This document shows positions 9,897-19,017 of a stretch of DNA of 48,472 nt, one piece after another. Made by a program: the position numbers and the translations under genes. Position 1 is the first letter of the stretch. Every line of letters begins with the position of its first letter. The notes beneath the pieces are model-generated. The model was not told where the DNA came from. It saw nothing but the letters and a program-made list of their open reading frames with translations, and ran no database searches. Source of the stretch: Candidatus Atribacteria bacterium (GTDB lineage: Bacteria > Bipolaricaulota > Bipolaricaulia > UBA7950 > UBA9294); contig SPBW01000001.1 in assembly GCA_004525685.1 (NCBI GenBank), positions 1-48,472 on the forward strand. Reading direction: 5' to 3'.

Positions 9897-10918
9897 GAGT
9901 CGGCGTACTGACTGGTGGTGGCGATTCGCCAGGTATCAACGCGGCTATTCGGTCTCTTGTCCGGTTTGGCGCGACGCATGGCGTAGATGTGGTGGGATTT
10001 CTCGAAGGGTGGCGCGGGCCCATGGAGAATCTGGTCCAACCCATGACCATGGCTGATGTGTCGGGTATTCTGCACATCGGGGGAACGATTCTTGGTAGTT
10101 CGCGGACCAATCCATTCAATGAGACAGGCGGGCCGGAGAGAGTCATTCAGACGATGCAGGACAACGCCGTTGACTGCCTGGTTGCCATTGGCGGCGACGA
10201 TACGATGGGTGTTGCACATCGATTGGCTGGCTACGGTGTGAAGGCTATCGGCATTCCTCAGACGATTGACAATGACATTGCCCTCACTGACTACTCGCTG
10301 GGGTTCTTCTCAGCGCTGGAAGCCATCACAGATGCACTCGATCGCTTGCATACGACGGCGGCATCGCATCATCGTGTGCTCATCCTGGAGGTTATGGGAC
10401 GAGACGCAGGATGGCTCAGTTTGATGGGTGGCGTGGCTGGTGGCGCGGATGTCATTCTCATCCCCGAAGAACAGTTCAATGTGGATTCGATCTTCCAGAA
10501 GATCAAGCGCCGGGAACTGCTGAGGAAGCGGTTCAGCATTGTCATTGTTGCCGAAGGTGCAACGCCCGAAGGGCACGGCGGACAAGTTGTCGACGAAGCG
10601 GAAGTCGATGCATTCGGGCACATGCGATTGGGTGGAGTCGGGCAGTATATCGCCAATCGGCTGTCCGAGCGGATGAAGATGCCCGTCCGCGTGACCAATC
10701 TCGCCTATCTTCAGCGCGGCGGAAGTCCGGCTCCGTTCGATCGAATCCTCGCTACCCGATTCGGAGCCGCGGCCATCGAATTCGCTCTCGAAGGGACATT
10801 CGATGTCATGACAGCGCTTCATGGCATGAAGATCGAGGCTGTTCCACTTGGAGACGCGCTGGGACGGCCTCGCCCTGTTCCTGAAGGATTGCTGTATATG
10901 GTTGATCTGTTCGAGTAA
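9893..10918 (+). CDS. pfk: 6-phosphofructokinase (phosphoryl donor uncertain)
   Basis: GVLTGGGDSPGINAAIR, IGGDDT, PQTIDNDI, MGRDAGW and LQRGG align closely with PfkA. GTG start in a GTGA overlap with the fba stop; SD AAGGAG. Confidence 0.9.
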   Translation: MRVGVLTGGGDSPGINAAIRSLVRFGATHGVDVVGFLEGWRGPMENLVQPMTMADVSGILHIGGTILGSSRTNPFNETGGPERVIQTMQDNAVDCLVAIGGDDTMGVAHRLAGYGVKAIGIPQTIDNDIALTDYSLGFFSALEAITDALDRLHTTAASHHRVLILEVMGRDAGWLSLMGGVAGGADVILIPEEQFNVDSIFQKIKRRELLRKRFSIVIVAEGATPEGHGGQVVDEAEVDAFGHMRLGGVGQYIANRLSERMKMPVRVTNLAYLQRGGSPAPFDRILATRFGAAAIEFALEGTFDVMTALHGMKIEAVPLGDALGRPRPVPEGLLYMVDLFE

Positions 10919-10981
10919 CGCGGCTGCGAGGATGCACGTCTGCGAGTTGGCTCGCGTCCCAGAATGATGACCTCGGATGAG

Positions 10982-12790
10982 CTAGTTGCCTGGCTCCGCT
11001 AGCGCAATAATGCCCCGCTGGTTCTGGCCATCGACATAGACATTCATTCCTTGCGGCACGGTGTAATGAGTAATGAAGTCGTCTTGGAATGTGATCATCG
11101 ATTGGCGGAGCAGGTCGCGATTGAGGCGATCCCCGAATTCTTCATGAAAGGGCAAGTACAGCACACCGCTTGCCACCATGTCGGCATAGAAGTGCGTGCC
11201 ATATGACAGCTCGGGAGAGAATGTGGCTGTGGACATCTCGACGATCAATACGGCGCCTGAGATCTCATTGTATTGAGCAGGCACGCCGAGCTGCGGGTTG
11301 CTTGAGGCCCAGCGGCCCGGGCCAATGAGGATGTAAGGTTCATCAAGATCGTCGAGTTGATGATTGATCCTGCCCACTGCGCGTGCAATATCGAAGGCAT
11401 GATCCCAGCGATAGGCATCTGGATCGACGAACACGAGATGCCGAATGTTCTTCAGGGTTCCGTTTCCCAACACATTGCTGCACTCCATGACTCTTCTATC
11501 GGCGGGGATTTCGGGGATAGGTATCTCACGATGTTCAGGCCGAGCACCCAAGGGGCGAACCTGGAGTACGACGAAGAGCGGGGAACCGTGCTTGGATGCT
11601 TCAGGACTAGAGAAATCGACGGCGAATTCAATATCAATGGGATACTCAAGAAGTGCTTCTAGCGATGCCAACGTTTCGCGTACGAGTGGCGTGAAGGGCA
11701 TGATGGTCTGGCCTTCGATCAGTCGAGTGAATGAAGCGACAAACCGCTGATCTGAGGAGAGCATGGATGCTGCGGAGAACGGATCACGCAACGTTCCATC
11801 CTCATCGACGATGGAACAGATCCTCGTTAGCAGCGGATTCGAAAGCGTCTGGAGCTTGCGCTGGGTGAGTCGCCCAATCTCCATATCGAGCACATCCACG
11901 GTCTCTTGGGAGGCACGGATGATGGTGCGAACATCAGAGCCCTCGGGCCGTAGCCCGGGGAGCTTGGGAGAGAACACGCGGGCATATTCGCGCCCCACGG
12001 CCCTTGTTCCTGTGCCGACAACCAACCGCACGATCCCATCCTCAGGCTTGAGCCGCGTGGTCCAGGGGTAGTAGTTGATGGAGAAGGCCACGCCACCGAC
12101 AAGCGGGTAGAAGAGCCCGTGGCTGTATTGGCTGCCAATCATGTTCTGAACCAGGATGGCCATCTTCTCATTCCGCCAATCGAGGCCATGCCGTTTGCGA
12201 TAGGCGCGGGCATTGGGGCTGAATGTGGAAGCATACACCCGCTTGATGGTGTGTGTCAGGTCGGCCAAACGCTCTTCCATGGAGCCGCGATTCGACAGGA
12301 AGTCGGACAAGTAAATGCCGGCGAACGAATGATCCGTATTGTCTTCCATGACTGAAGATGATCGAACAGCCAGCGGACGAGACTCATGTTCCAGGAAACG
12401 AACCAGCGAATCCTCCCAGCTAGCAGGGAAGGGGCAGGACACAATCTGCTCGCCCAAGGATTCGAGTACGCTTTTGTCCGTACAGCCTGCTTTCACTGCG
12501 CTGGCAAGCTGATTCTGTGTCATGAAGTCATCGAAGATCTCAGTGGTGATGATGGTGGAGTCTGGGAAGCGCAGGCTCGATTGATACTGCGTCAGCTCTC
12601 CCCCCTTATGTAGGTAATCCATGACGAAGACAAGTCCGCGCGCCTTGCCGCCGATTTCGCCTGATCCGATCAAATGCACCTGCGGCGGAAGCTCGTCTTC
12701 TGTGAATCGATAGCGACCGTCAGCGTCTTGACCATACTCAAAGAAGCGCAGGGGTTGAATCGTGTCATGCAGATGGTCGTATGATGACAT
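10982..12790 (-). CDS. PEP/pyruvate-binding (PPDK N-terminal ATP-grasp-like) domain protein with uncharacterised C-terminal region
   Basis: GEIGGKARGL, AVRSSSVMEDNTDHSFAGIY, MAILVQNMIG, GVAFS, VVGTGTRAV and IDIEFAVD...VLQVRPL follow the PEP synthase/PPDK nucleotide-binding domain. No GG-x-TSHAA phosphohistidine motif seen. Start set at ATG 12790 (SD GAGG); the track start is a TTG at 12844. Confidence 0.75.
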   Translation of the reverse strand: MSSYDHLHDTIQPLRFFEYGQDADGRYRFTEDELPPQVHLIGSGEIGGKARGLVFVMDYLHKGGELTQYQSSLRFPDSTIITTEIFDDFMTQNQLASAVKAGCTDKSVLESLGEQIVSCPFPASWEDSLVRFLEHESRPLAVRSSSVMEDNTDHSFAGIYLSDFLSNRGSMEERLADLTHTIKRVYASTFSPNARAYRKRHGLDWRNEKMAILVQNMIGSQYSHGLFYPLVGGVAFSINYYPWTTRLKPEDGIVRLVVGTGTRAVGREYARVFSPKLPGLRPEGSDVRTIIRASQETVDVLDMEIGRLTQRKLQTLSNPLLTRICSIVDEDGTLRDPFSAASMLSSDQRFVASFTRLIEGQTIMPFTPLVRETLASLEALLEYPIDIEFAVDFSSPEASKHGSPLFVVLQVRPLGARPEHREIPIPEIPADRRVMECSNVLGNGTLKNIRHLVFVDPDAYRWDHAFDIARAVGRINHQLDDLDEPYILIGPGRWASSNPQLGVPAQYNEISGAVLIVEMSTATFSPELSYGTHFYADMVASGVLYLPFHEEFGDRLNRDLLRQSMITFQDDFITHYTVPQGMNVYVDGQNQRGIIALAEPGN

Positions 12791-12906
12791 GTTTACCTCA
12801 GCCTTCGTTGATGCTCTGGATCCATTCCGTCGGGAGAAACTCAACGCAATCTTACGCTACTTTGCCTGCACCCGCGCAGAGCCCGCACGGGTGCGGAAGA
12901 AGGCGA

Positions 12907-12930
12907 ACTCCCGCAGTGACCTGCGGGAGT
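12907..12930 (-). terminator. stem-loop about 50 nt downstream of the oxidoreductase gamma gene
   Basis: Perfect 10-bp inverted repeat ACTCCCGCAG/CTGCGGGAGT with a 4-nt loop. On the minus strand it is followed by the pyrimidine-rich TCGCCTTCTTCC, with no clean U-run. Confidence 0.45.
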
Positions 12931-12981
12931 CGCGATCGATTCTTATGTCCAGCACAATATGATTGTTCGAGAGGGTGCCTC

Positions 12982-13521
12982 TTAGAGCGCGTTGTAGCCG
13001 GCGTCGAGTGCTCGTTCGTTCATTTCGATGAACTTCTCTTTGCCGGACTCGCGCATGGACTGGGCCATGGTGTCCTTCACAACCTGTAGTGGAAGTGTGC
13101 CAGAGGCCTTCACATATGCCCCCAGTGCCACCATGTTGATGGCGCGTGGATTGCCGACCTCATCGCGCGCGATCTCGTTCATGTCGAGATAGAAGGCGTT
13201 GACATCGGTTCGATCGACTTGACGATCGATGAGAGAACGATTAACCACGATGTGTCCGCCTGCTGCGATGGTCTGTTCAAACTTGTCCAGTGACGGCAGA
13301 TTCATCGCGATCAAGGCCGTTGCCTCGTCGACAATCGGCGATCCGACAAGCTCGTCTGACAATACGACCGTGCAATTGGCTGTTCCGCCCCGCATCTCGG
13401 GGCCGTACGACGGGAGCCACGTAACCTCCAGCCCATGATTCATGCCAGCTTGTGCCAGAATCTTGCCAGCAAGAATGACGCCTTGTCCTCCGAATCCAGA
13501 GATAATGATTGAGCGTTCCAT
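12982..13521 (-). CDS. 2-oxoacid:ferredoxin oxidoreductase gamma subunit
   Basis: MERSIIISGFGGQGVILAGKILA is a typical gamma-subunit N-terminus. ATG 13521 lies 1 nt after the beta-subunit TAG. The track extension to 13665 overlaps the beta gene. Confidence 0.85.
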   Translation of the reverse strand: MERSIIISGFGGQGVILAGKILAQAGMNHGLEVTWLPSYGPEMRGGTANCTVVLSDELVGSPIVDEATALIAMNLPSLDKFEQTIAAGGHIVVNRSLIDRQVDRTDVNAFYLDMNEIARDEVGNPRAINMVALGAYVKASGTLPLQVVKDTMAQSMRESGKEKFIEMNERALDAGYNAL

Positions 13522-13522
13522 G

Positions 13523-14281
13523 CTACCCCCTATCGACGAGGTCACCCAGAGGGAAGACCTTGGTGACTGTTTCGGCAACGTGTGTATTGGACTGCACCGG
13601 TGACATGCGCCAATTGGTGGGACATGTGGACAGAATCTCCACCAAGGAGTATCCCTTGCCTTCAACTTGGTATTGGAATGCTTTCTTGACCGCCTTGGTT
13701 GTCTCCATAATGTGCTTCGTATCGAACAGAGCTTGTCGGGTCACATACGCGGGAGCATCGAGTGTGGCGATCATCTCAGAGAACCGAATGGGATACCCCG
13801 CCACTCGTGGATCTCTGCCCTCGGGTGTTGTCGTTGTCTTCTGATCGACCAATGTCGTCGGCGCCATCTCGCCGCCCGTCATGCCGTAGATCTGATTGTT
13901 GACGAAGATGACAGTGATGTTCTCTCCGCGGTTGGCGGCGTGAATGGATTCGGCCGTTCCGATACTCGCGAAGTCTCCATCTCCTTGGTACGAGAACACG
14001 ATCAACTCAGGTCGAGCGCGTTTGATTCCGGTTGCCACGGCACAAGCACGGCCATGAGGTACTTGCTGCGAGTCCGCTTTGTACCACAAATAGGAAAACA
14101 CAGAGCATCCAACAGGAGCAATGCCCACTGTGCGTTCGACGATGCCCAGCTCGTCCATCACATTGCCGATGATGCGAGTAATGATGCCGTGATGACAGCC
14201 GGGACAATACGTGAATCTGGCGTCGGTCAGGCTCTGTGGACGTTCGAAAACCTTCACCATGTTCTCAAGATTAGCGGACAT
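13523..14281 (-). CDS. 2-oxoacid:ferredoxin oxidoreductase beta subunit (TPP-binding)
   Basis: CPGCHHG cluster-proximal motif, TPP motif GDGDFASIG...NNQIYGMTGG. Overlaps the alpha gene by 11 nt. Confidence 0.9.
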   Translation of the reverse strand: MSANLENMVKVFERPQSLTDARFTYCPGCHHGIITRIIGNVMDELGIVERTVGIAPVGCSVFSYLWYKADSQQVPHGRACAVATGIKRARPELIVFSYQGDGDFASIGTAESIHAANRGENITVIFVNNQIYGMTGGEMAPTTLVDQKTTTTPEGRDPRVAGYPIRFSEMIATLDAPAYVTRQALFDTKHIMETTKAVKKAFQYQVEGKGYSLVEILSTCPTNWRMSPVQSNTHVAETVTKVFPLGDLVDRG

Positions 14282-15326
14282 GTTTCTTCACCTCGTTCAG
14301 GATCGACCGCGGCGTCGGGACGATTCCCCCTGTTTCCCCGAAGAAGGGGGTAGCCGCGCGCTCTGCGACGGCTAGACGAACGTCTTCCCACATCTGGCCT
14401 GCGCTCATTTCTACAGTCAGCACGGTGTGAACCTGCTGAGACAGCCTCTTGAGAGGTTCGTAGGGGTAAGGCCACAGTGTGATGGGACGGAATAGGCCAA
14501 CCTTGATGCCCTCGGCACGCGCCATGCGCACCACGGACTTGCAGATGCGGCCAATCGTGCCATGGGCAGCTATAACGATGTCGGCATCCTCGGTCTCGTA
14601 TTCCTCGTAGCGGATCTCGTTCTCAGTGATCGTGCGGTATTTGGACTGGAGGTCAAGATTCATCTGCTTGAGATCATCAGGATCCATCTCGAAGCTGAGA
14701 ATGATATTGGGAGCTCTGCCCTTGGCTCCTGTCGTCGCCCAGTCTTTTGCTGGCAAGCTGGCCGGATCAATCGGATCGGGAAGCTCGACGGGCTCCATCA
14801 TCTGCCCTAACAGACCATCTGCCAGGATCATGACTGGAATGCGATATTGGTCAGCGAGCTCGAATGCCAGCATCGTCAACTCGCCTGCTTCGGGCACAGT
14901 CGAAGGCCCAAGCACGATCAAGTGATAGTCGCCGTGTCCGCCACCCTTGGTCGCTTGGAAGTAGTCGCACTGCGAAGGCGCGATGTTCCCCAATCCGGGG
15001 CCGCCGCGGACGATATTCACGATAACGCAAGGCAGGCTGGCACCAGCAAGATACGAGATGCCCTCTTGCTTCAGGCTGATACCTGGAGACGATGACGAGG
15101 TCATGGTGCGAACGCCAGCTCCGGCAGCGCCATAGACCATGCTGATCGCAGCAATCTCGGACTCCGCTTGTATGAACGTTCGTCCTAGGCGAGGCATGTT
15201 CAGCGCCATGTGTTCCAGTAATTCGGCCTGTGGCGTAATCGGATAGGCGAAGTAGCACTGGCATCCAGCTCGAATTGCCGCCTCTGCGATTACTTCGTTG
15301 CCACGCAACAACAGTCGTTCACCCAT
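14271..15326 (-). CDS. 2-oxoacid:ferredoxin oxidoreductase alpha subunit
   Basis: LLRGNEVIAEAAIRAGC, YPITPQ and TSSPGISL motifs. ATG 15326 has AAGGAG 5 nt upstream, overlapping the delta-subunit stop. Confidence 0.9.
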   Translation of the reverse strand: MGERLLLRGNEVIAEAAIRAGCQCYFAYPITPQAELLEHMALNMPRLGRTFIQAESEIAAISMVYGAAGAGVRTMTSSSSPGISLKQEGISYLAGASLPCVIVNIVRGGPGLGNIAPSQCDYFQATKGGGHGDYHLIVLGPSTVPEAGELTMLAFELADQYRIPVMILADGLLGQMMEPVELPDPIDPASLPAKDWATTGAKGRAPNIILSFEMDPDDLKQMNLDLQSKYRTITENEIRYEEYETEDADIVIAAHGTIGRICKSVVRMARAEGIKVGLFRPITLWPYPYEPLKRLSQQVHTVLTVEMSAGQMWEDVRLAVAERAATPFFGETGGIVPTPRSILNEVKKHVR

Positions 15327-15335
15327 CACCACTCC

Positions 15336-15560
15336 TTAACTGGGGACTTTCTCTCGATAGACCTCAATGACGATGTCAGGACACGTCATCGCGCAGAACG
15401 TACATCCAATGCAGTCATCGGGGTTGGCCATGTAGGCAACGTTGTACCCGCTCTTGTTGAGCTGACCTGAGAAGGCCAAGACCTTCTTTGGGCATGCGGC
15501 AATACATAGACCGCAGCCCTTACATCGTTCTGTGTCGAAGACGACGGTTCCTCTCGGCAT
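15336..15560 (-). CDS. 2-oxoacid:ferredoxin oxidoreductase delta subunit (2x[4Fe-4S] ferredoxin)
   Basis: 74 aa with two cluster motifs, CKGCGLCIAACP and CIGCTFCAMTCP. SD GGGGAGG 5 nt upstream. Confidence 0.85.
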   Translation of the reverse strand: MPRGTVVFDTERCKGCGLCIAACPKKVLAFSGQLNKSGYNVAYMANPDDCIGCTFCAMTCPDIVIEVYREKVPS

Positions 15561-15571
15561 GAAAACCTCCC

Positions 15572-16042
15572 CTACGATCTGGAGTAGAATTCTTCGTCCA
15601 AACGCTTCGCTCGATTTCTTCTCAGCTTCTCAAGACTCTTCTCGACTCGATCAAGCCACTGCTGGATGTGTCGCTCGTCTAGCGTGGGGACGACCTCATC
15701 GCGCGTAATGGATGTTGGATGATGCAGTGTCAACGCGCTCTGTAGTCGATCGACGTCATGTTCGAAAGAGAGTGGCTCGCTTGCTGAATCCGAGATGGAG
15801 ACGAGGGAGAGCAAGGTATCCTCTCCTTCATTGGAGGCAAGAACTCGAAATAGCCCGCGCTGACCAAGTTGTAGTGGAGTTGGATCCGCTTGATCTGGCA
15901 TCCTCGCAAGGAATCCGATTGCATCGGTCGCCAGCCGAATACGAACGCGGGTTTCCTCCAAGCCGACAATCTCGCCATCCAACGCAATGCCCTGCGAAAT
16001 GGGACCAGGGCGTTCGAGCTCGGGCTTCGTGTTCTCAGTCAA
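15572..16042 (-). CDS. hypothetical protein (possible degenerate OB/S1-like N-terminus, charged helical C-terminus)
   Basis: 156-aa ORF filling the gap between rpmB and the oxidoreductase genes. TTG start with GGGGGA 8 nt upstream. No family recognised; GEIVGLEETRVRIRL...GFL is only vaguely S1-like. Confidence 0.45.
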   Translation of the reverse strand: MTENTKPELERPGPISQGIALDGEIVGLEETRVRIRLATDAIGFLARMPDQADPTPLQLGQRGLFRVLASNEGEDTLLSLVSISDSASEPLSFEHDVDRLQSALTLHHPTSITRDEVVPTLDERHIQQWLDRVEKSLEKLRRNRAKRLDEEFYSRS

Positions 16043-16062
16043 GCTGTCGATCCCCCAGTGAC

Positions 16063-16254
16063 CTAGGCTGCCTTGACGACCTTATCAGACTTGATGCACC
16101 TTGTGCATGCGCGAATCCACTTCTTCTTTCCGCCAACTATGGCATGAACCCGCTGCAGATTCGGAGCCCAGACACGCCGGGTATGCCGGAGCGAATGGCT
16201 TACTTTGTTTCCGACAACCGGCCGCTTGCCACAGATTTCACAGACTCTAGACAT
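16063..16254 (-). CDS. rpmB: 50S ribosomal protein L28
   Basis: [36 protein letters not shown] is a near-consensus L28. SD GAGGTGA. Confidence 0.95.
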   Translation of the reverse strand: MSRVCEICGKRPVVGNKVSHSLRHTRRVWAPNLQRVHAIVGGKKKWIRACTRCIKSDKVVKAA

Positions 16255-16266
16255 ATTGTTGTCACC

Positions 16267-16959
16267 TCACGCTGCCTTCCCTCCGATCAGGAGGGGTTCT
16301 ACATACAAGGGCTCAACCGAGTAGAGCTGGTCGGCCACGAAGTTCTTGCTGCCCCATTGAGCAACTGCCAAGGGTGAGGGCTGGTTGAACGCCTCAGGCG
16401 CGATGCGTACGTGTTCCAACGAACGCAGACGCACTTCCAGTCGAGGTGCGCCGCTACCAACCAACCAGAGCTCACGCTCCTCTTGACCCAAACGCGCGAT
16501 CAGCTCCGCCTCCCGCATGACTGCGGTCGGCCCTTTGGGTCGCGAGCCACCAAACCATCTTACGTAGTACAAGTCACGTCGACTTGAAAGCACCACACAA
16601 ACGCGCTGGCGCTCTTCCACGAACCGTCTGTACACCAGCGTGCCATCGACTCCGACGAGCGGAATCTCGAGAGACTGGCAGAGACCTTTCATGGCAGCCA
16701 GTCCGATTCGAAGGCCCGTAAAGGATCCAGGCCCGCGATTGATGCTGACCAAGTCGACCTGGCTCTTGTCGACACTGCTTGCTTCCATCAACTCTTCAAT
16801 CAATGGGAACAAGCTTTCGGCATGCGACAACGGAGTATCCATCATCCGCGTCTGCGAAAGGCGGCCTTCATCATACAGTGCGACGCCGCCCAATGACTCA
16901 GATGTGTCTACTCCCAGCGTCAACATGCTGACCAAATGGTAGGTGACGCAAGTGCGCAT
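16267..16959 (-). CDS. tsaB: tRNA t6A37 biosynthesis protein TsaB (YeaZ family)
   Basis: LTLGVDTSESLGGVALYD, VSINRGPGSFTGLRIGLA. ATG 16959 lies 1 nt after the ribF stop; ATG 16926 (MLTLGVDTS) is an alternative start. Confidence 0.8.
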   Translation of the reverse strand: MRTCVTYHLVSMLTLGVDTSESLGGVALYDEGRLSQTRMMDTPLSHAESLFPLIEELMEASSVDKSQVDLVSINRGPGSFTGLRIGLAAMKGLCQSLEIPLVGVDGTLVYRRFVEERQRVCVVLSSRRDLYYVRWFGGSRPKGPTAVMREAELIARLGQEERELWLVGSGAPRLEVRLRSLEHVRIAPEAFNQPSPLAVAQWGSKNFVADQLYSVEPLYVEPLLIGGKAA

Positions 16960-16960
16960 T

Positions 16961-17878
16961 TCAACTGCTGATTCGTTCCTCGTTCAATGGGTAGTTGAAA
17001 AGACGTTGTCTTGCTGTTGAGACATCCTGTTCGATCTGAGAGCGCAACGCATCGGTGGATGGAAACGCGCGATCGTCCCTGATCCTGTCCAGGATGTGAA
17101 CTTCCAGCGTCTCGCCGTGGAGTGAGCAGTTCGGGAAATCGAGCAGATGAACCTCACAGCGGTGTTCATGCAAGCTTGGCGCGGGATGAGTGCCTACGTA
17201 GAGCAGCCCTGCAGTGAGAATCCCCGTTCCGATCGCATGAACCAGATAGATGCCTGCTTGTGGAAGCAGGATGTGAGGGTCGACGACCAGATTGGCCGTT
17301 GGGAACCCAAGCTGTTCTCCCAGTCGATCACCTTGCACGACATGACCTTGGAGCATGGGCGGACGCCCAAGACATGTTGACGTTTCGTGGATGTTGCCAG
17401 ATCTCAAGGCCTGCCTGATGCGTGTACTGGAGACGACTTGATTCTCGACAAGGACAGAAGGAACGCCGACTACGTGCAGCCCTTTGCGTTTGCCAAGCGA
17501 TCTCAAGGTGTCCAAGTCGCCGCAGCGATCCCGTCCGAATCGAAATGTCTCTCCTTCGACAACCACGCATGCATCGAGCTGCTTGATAAGGATCGATGCC
17601 ACGAACTCTTCGGGATCCATTGAGCGCACGGATTCGAACATCGCGGGATGAATGGCATCGACAAACGTCTTTAACAGGTTGTGTTTTGCAGACGTGGGGA
17701 GCAGCAATACCTGCTCGTCGAGGGCGTGAAGAGCCCATCGAGGAGGCACAGAAAAGGCATAGGCGAGGCTCGGCAGCCCATGTGCCTGGGCTTGGGCTTG
17801 GACTTCACGGAGTATGGCTTGGTGTCCCAAGTGCATGCCATCAAAGGTCCCAATGGTGACGATCCTGCCCTGCTTCAT
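16961..17878 (-). CDS. ribF: bifunctional riboflavin kinase / FMN adenylyltransferase
   Basis: [22 protein letters not shown], and a C-terminal riboflavin kinase part (EVHLLDF...[15 protein letters not shown]). Start set at ATG 17878 (SD GAGG); the track start is GTG 17905. Confidence 0.9.
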   Translation of the reverse strand: MKQGRIVTIGTFDGMHLGHQAILREVQAQAQAHGLPSLAYAFSVPPRWALHALDEQVLLLPTSAKHNLLKTFVDAIHPAMFESVRSMDPEEFVASILIKQLDACVVVEGETFRFGRDRCGDLDTLRSLGKRKGLHVVGVPSVLVENQVVSSTRIRQALRSGNIHETSTCLGRPPMLQGHVVQGDRLGEQLGFPTANLVVDPHILLPQAGIYLVHAIGTGILTAGLLYVGTHPAPSLHEHRCEVHLLDFPNCSLHGETLEVHILDRIRDDRAFPSTDALRSQIEQDVSTARQRLFNYPLNEERISS

Positions 17879-17946
17879 ACTCCACCTCGTCTGGGATGAT
17901 ATCACAAGCGTGTTGGGCCATCACATGCGCAATGTTCGATGGGAAC

Positions 17947-17976
17947 TTGAATGGAGTCAATTCCTATCTGTACAAT
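17947..17976 (+). promoter_or_regulatory. candidate sigma70-type promoter for ruvB (leaderless geometry)
   Basis: TTGAAT, 18 nt, then TACAAT. The -10 ends 8 nt before the ruvB ATG at 17985, which has no SD. Hexamer match only. Confidence 0.35.
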
Positions 17977-17984
17977 GCGCCAAG

Positions 17985-18995
17985 ATGAGGACCGAACGAA
18001 TTGCCGGAGCAGAGCCAGAAGATGAGCGGTCAGCCATCAATCTGCGCCCGTCACGTCTTGATGAGTTCATCGGACAGGAAGAGACCAAGGAGAAGCTGCG
18101 TATCTATTTGGCGGCTGCCAAGAATCGCGAAGAGCCCCTAGATCACGTGCTCCTGCAAGGTCCTCCCGGGCTTGGGAAGACGACGTTGGCGCAAATCATT
18201 GCCAGTGAGCTTGGCGTTGACATTCGTATTAGCTCCGGTCCGGCGATTGAAAAGGCCGGCGACCTAGCCTCTATTCTGACCAACATGCGTCCCCATGATG
18301 TCTTCTTCATTGATGAGATCCATCGATTGCGCCGCAATGTGGAAGAGATCCTTTATCCAGCAATGGAAGACTACAAGATCGACATCATCTTGGGCGAGGG
18401 TCCCAATGCCCAGTCCCTACGGATTGATTTGCCTCCGTTCACCCTTATTGGTGCGACGACGCACGCTGGACTGATTTCCGCGCCAATGCGCGATCGTTTC
18501 GAGGTGTCATTCAGGTTGGGGTTCTACTCGATGGAGGATCTGCGAACCATCATCATCAGAGCAGGGCGGATTCTGGGTATCGAAGTCAGCCATGATGGAG
18601 CAGAAGAGCTGGCCATGCGAGCGCGGGGCACACCGCGTATTGCTAATCGATTGTTGCGCCGAACGCGAGACTATGCGGAGGTTCGCGGAGATGGGCATAT
18701 TGATCGTGACATCGCGCGGCGATCTCTTGTGCTTCTGCGAATCGATGAAGCAGGATTGGATGAGCTGGATCATGCCGTGCTCGATGCCCTGATCAACAAG
18801 TTCGATGGTGGCCCTGTTGGCTTGGAGACGTTGGCTGCGTCGCTGTCTGAAGAGCGCGATACGATCACGGATGTGGTTGAACCGTTCTTGCTGCAAGAGG
18901 GATTCATCCAGCGTACACCGCAAGGCCGGATCGCTACAGACCGTGCCTACGTTCACCTAGGAAAGAAGGCGGCTGCCAACCGGTTGTTTGACTAG
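17985..18995 (+). CDS. ruvB: Holliday junction branch migration DNA helicase RuvB
   Basis: [12 protein letters not shown], Walker [12 protein letters not shown], Walker [21 protein letters not shown]. The track start at 17814 overlaps ribF on the other strand; ATG 17985 gives a normal N-terminus length. Confidence 0.9.
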   Translation: MRTERIAGAEPEDERSAINLRPSRLDEFIGQEETKEKLRIYLAAAKNREEPLDHVLLQGPPGLGKTTLAQIIASELGVDIRISSGPAIEKAGDLASILTNMRPHDVFFIDEIHRLRRNVEEILYPAMEDYKIDIILGEGPNAQSLRIDLPPFTLIGATTHAGLISAPMRDRFEVSFRLGFYSMEDLRTIIIRAGRILGIEVSHDGAEELAMRARGTPRIANRLLRRTRDYAEVRGDGHIDRDIARRSLVLLRIDEAGLDELDHAVLDALINKFDGGPVGLETLAASLSEERDTITDVVEPFLLQEGFIQRTPQGRIATDRAYVHLGKKAAANRLFD

Positions 18996-19017
18996 CGCCC
19001 TGAACCGTTCGATCCAA

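Noticed and set aside
13522-13665. ORF-track N-terminal extensions. Examples: oxidoreductase gamma to 13665, ruvB from 17814, pmbA to 21748, methylthiotransferase to 33947, antiporter from 40257, pspC to 39430, PEP-binding protein to 12844.
   Set aside because: The track takes the most upstream ATG/GTG/TTG. These extensions overlap the neighbouring gene or give non-protein-like sequence. Each has an internal start with a good SD or stop/start coupling that gives family-typical N-termini.
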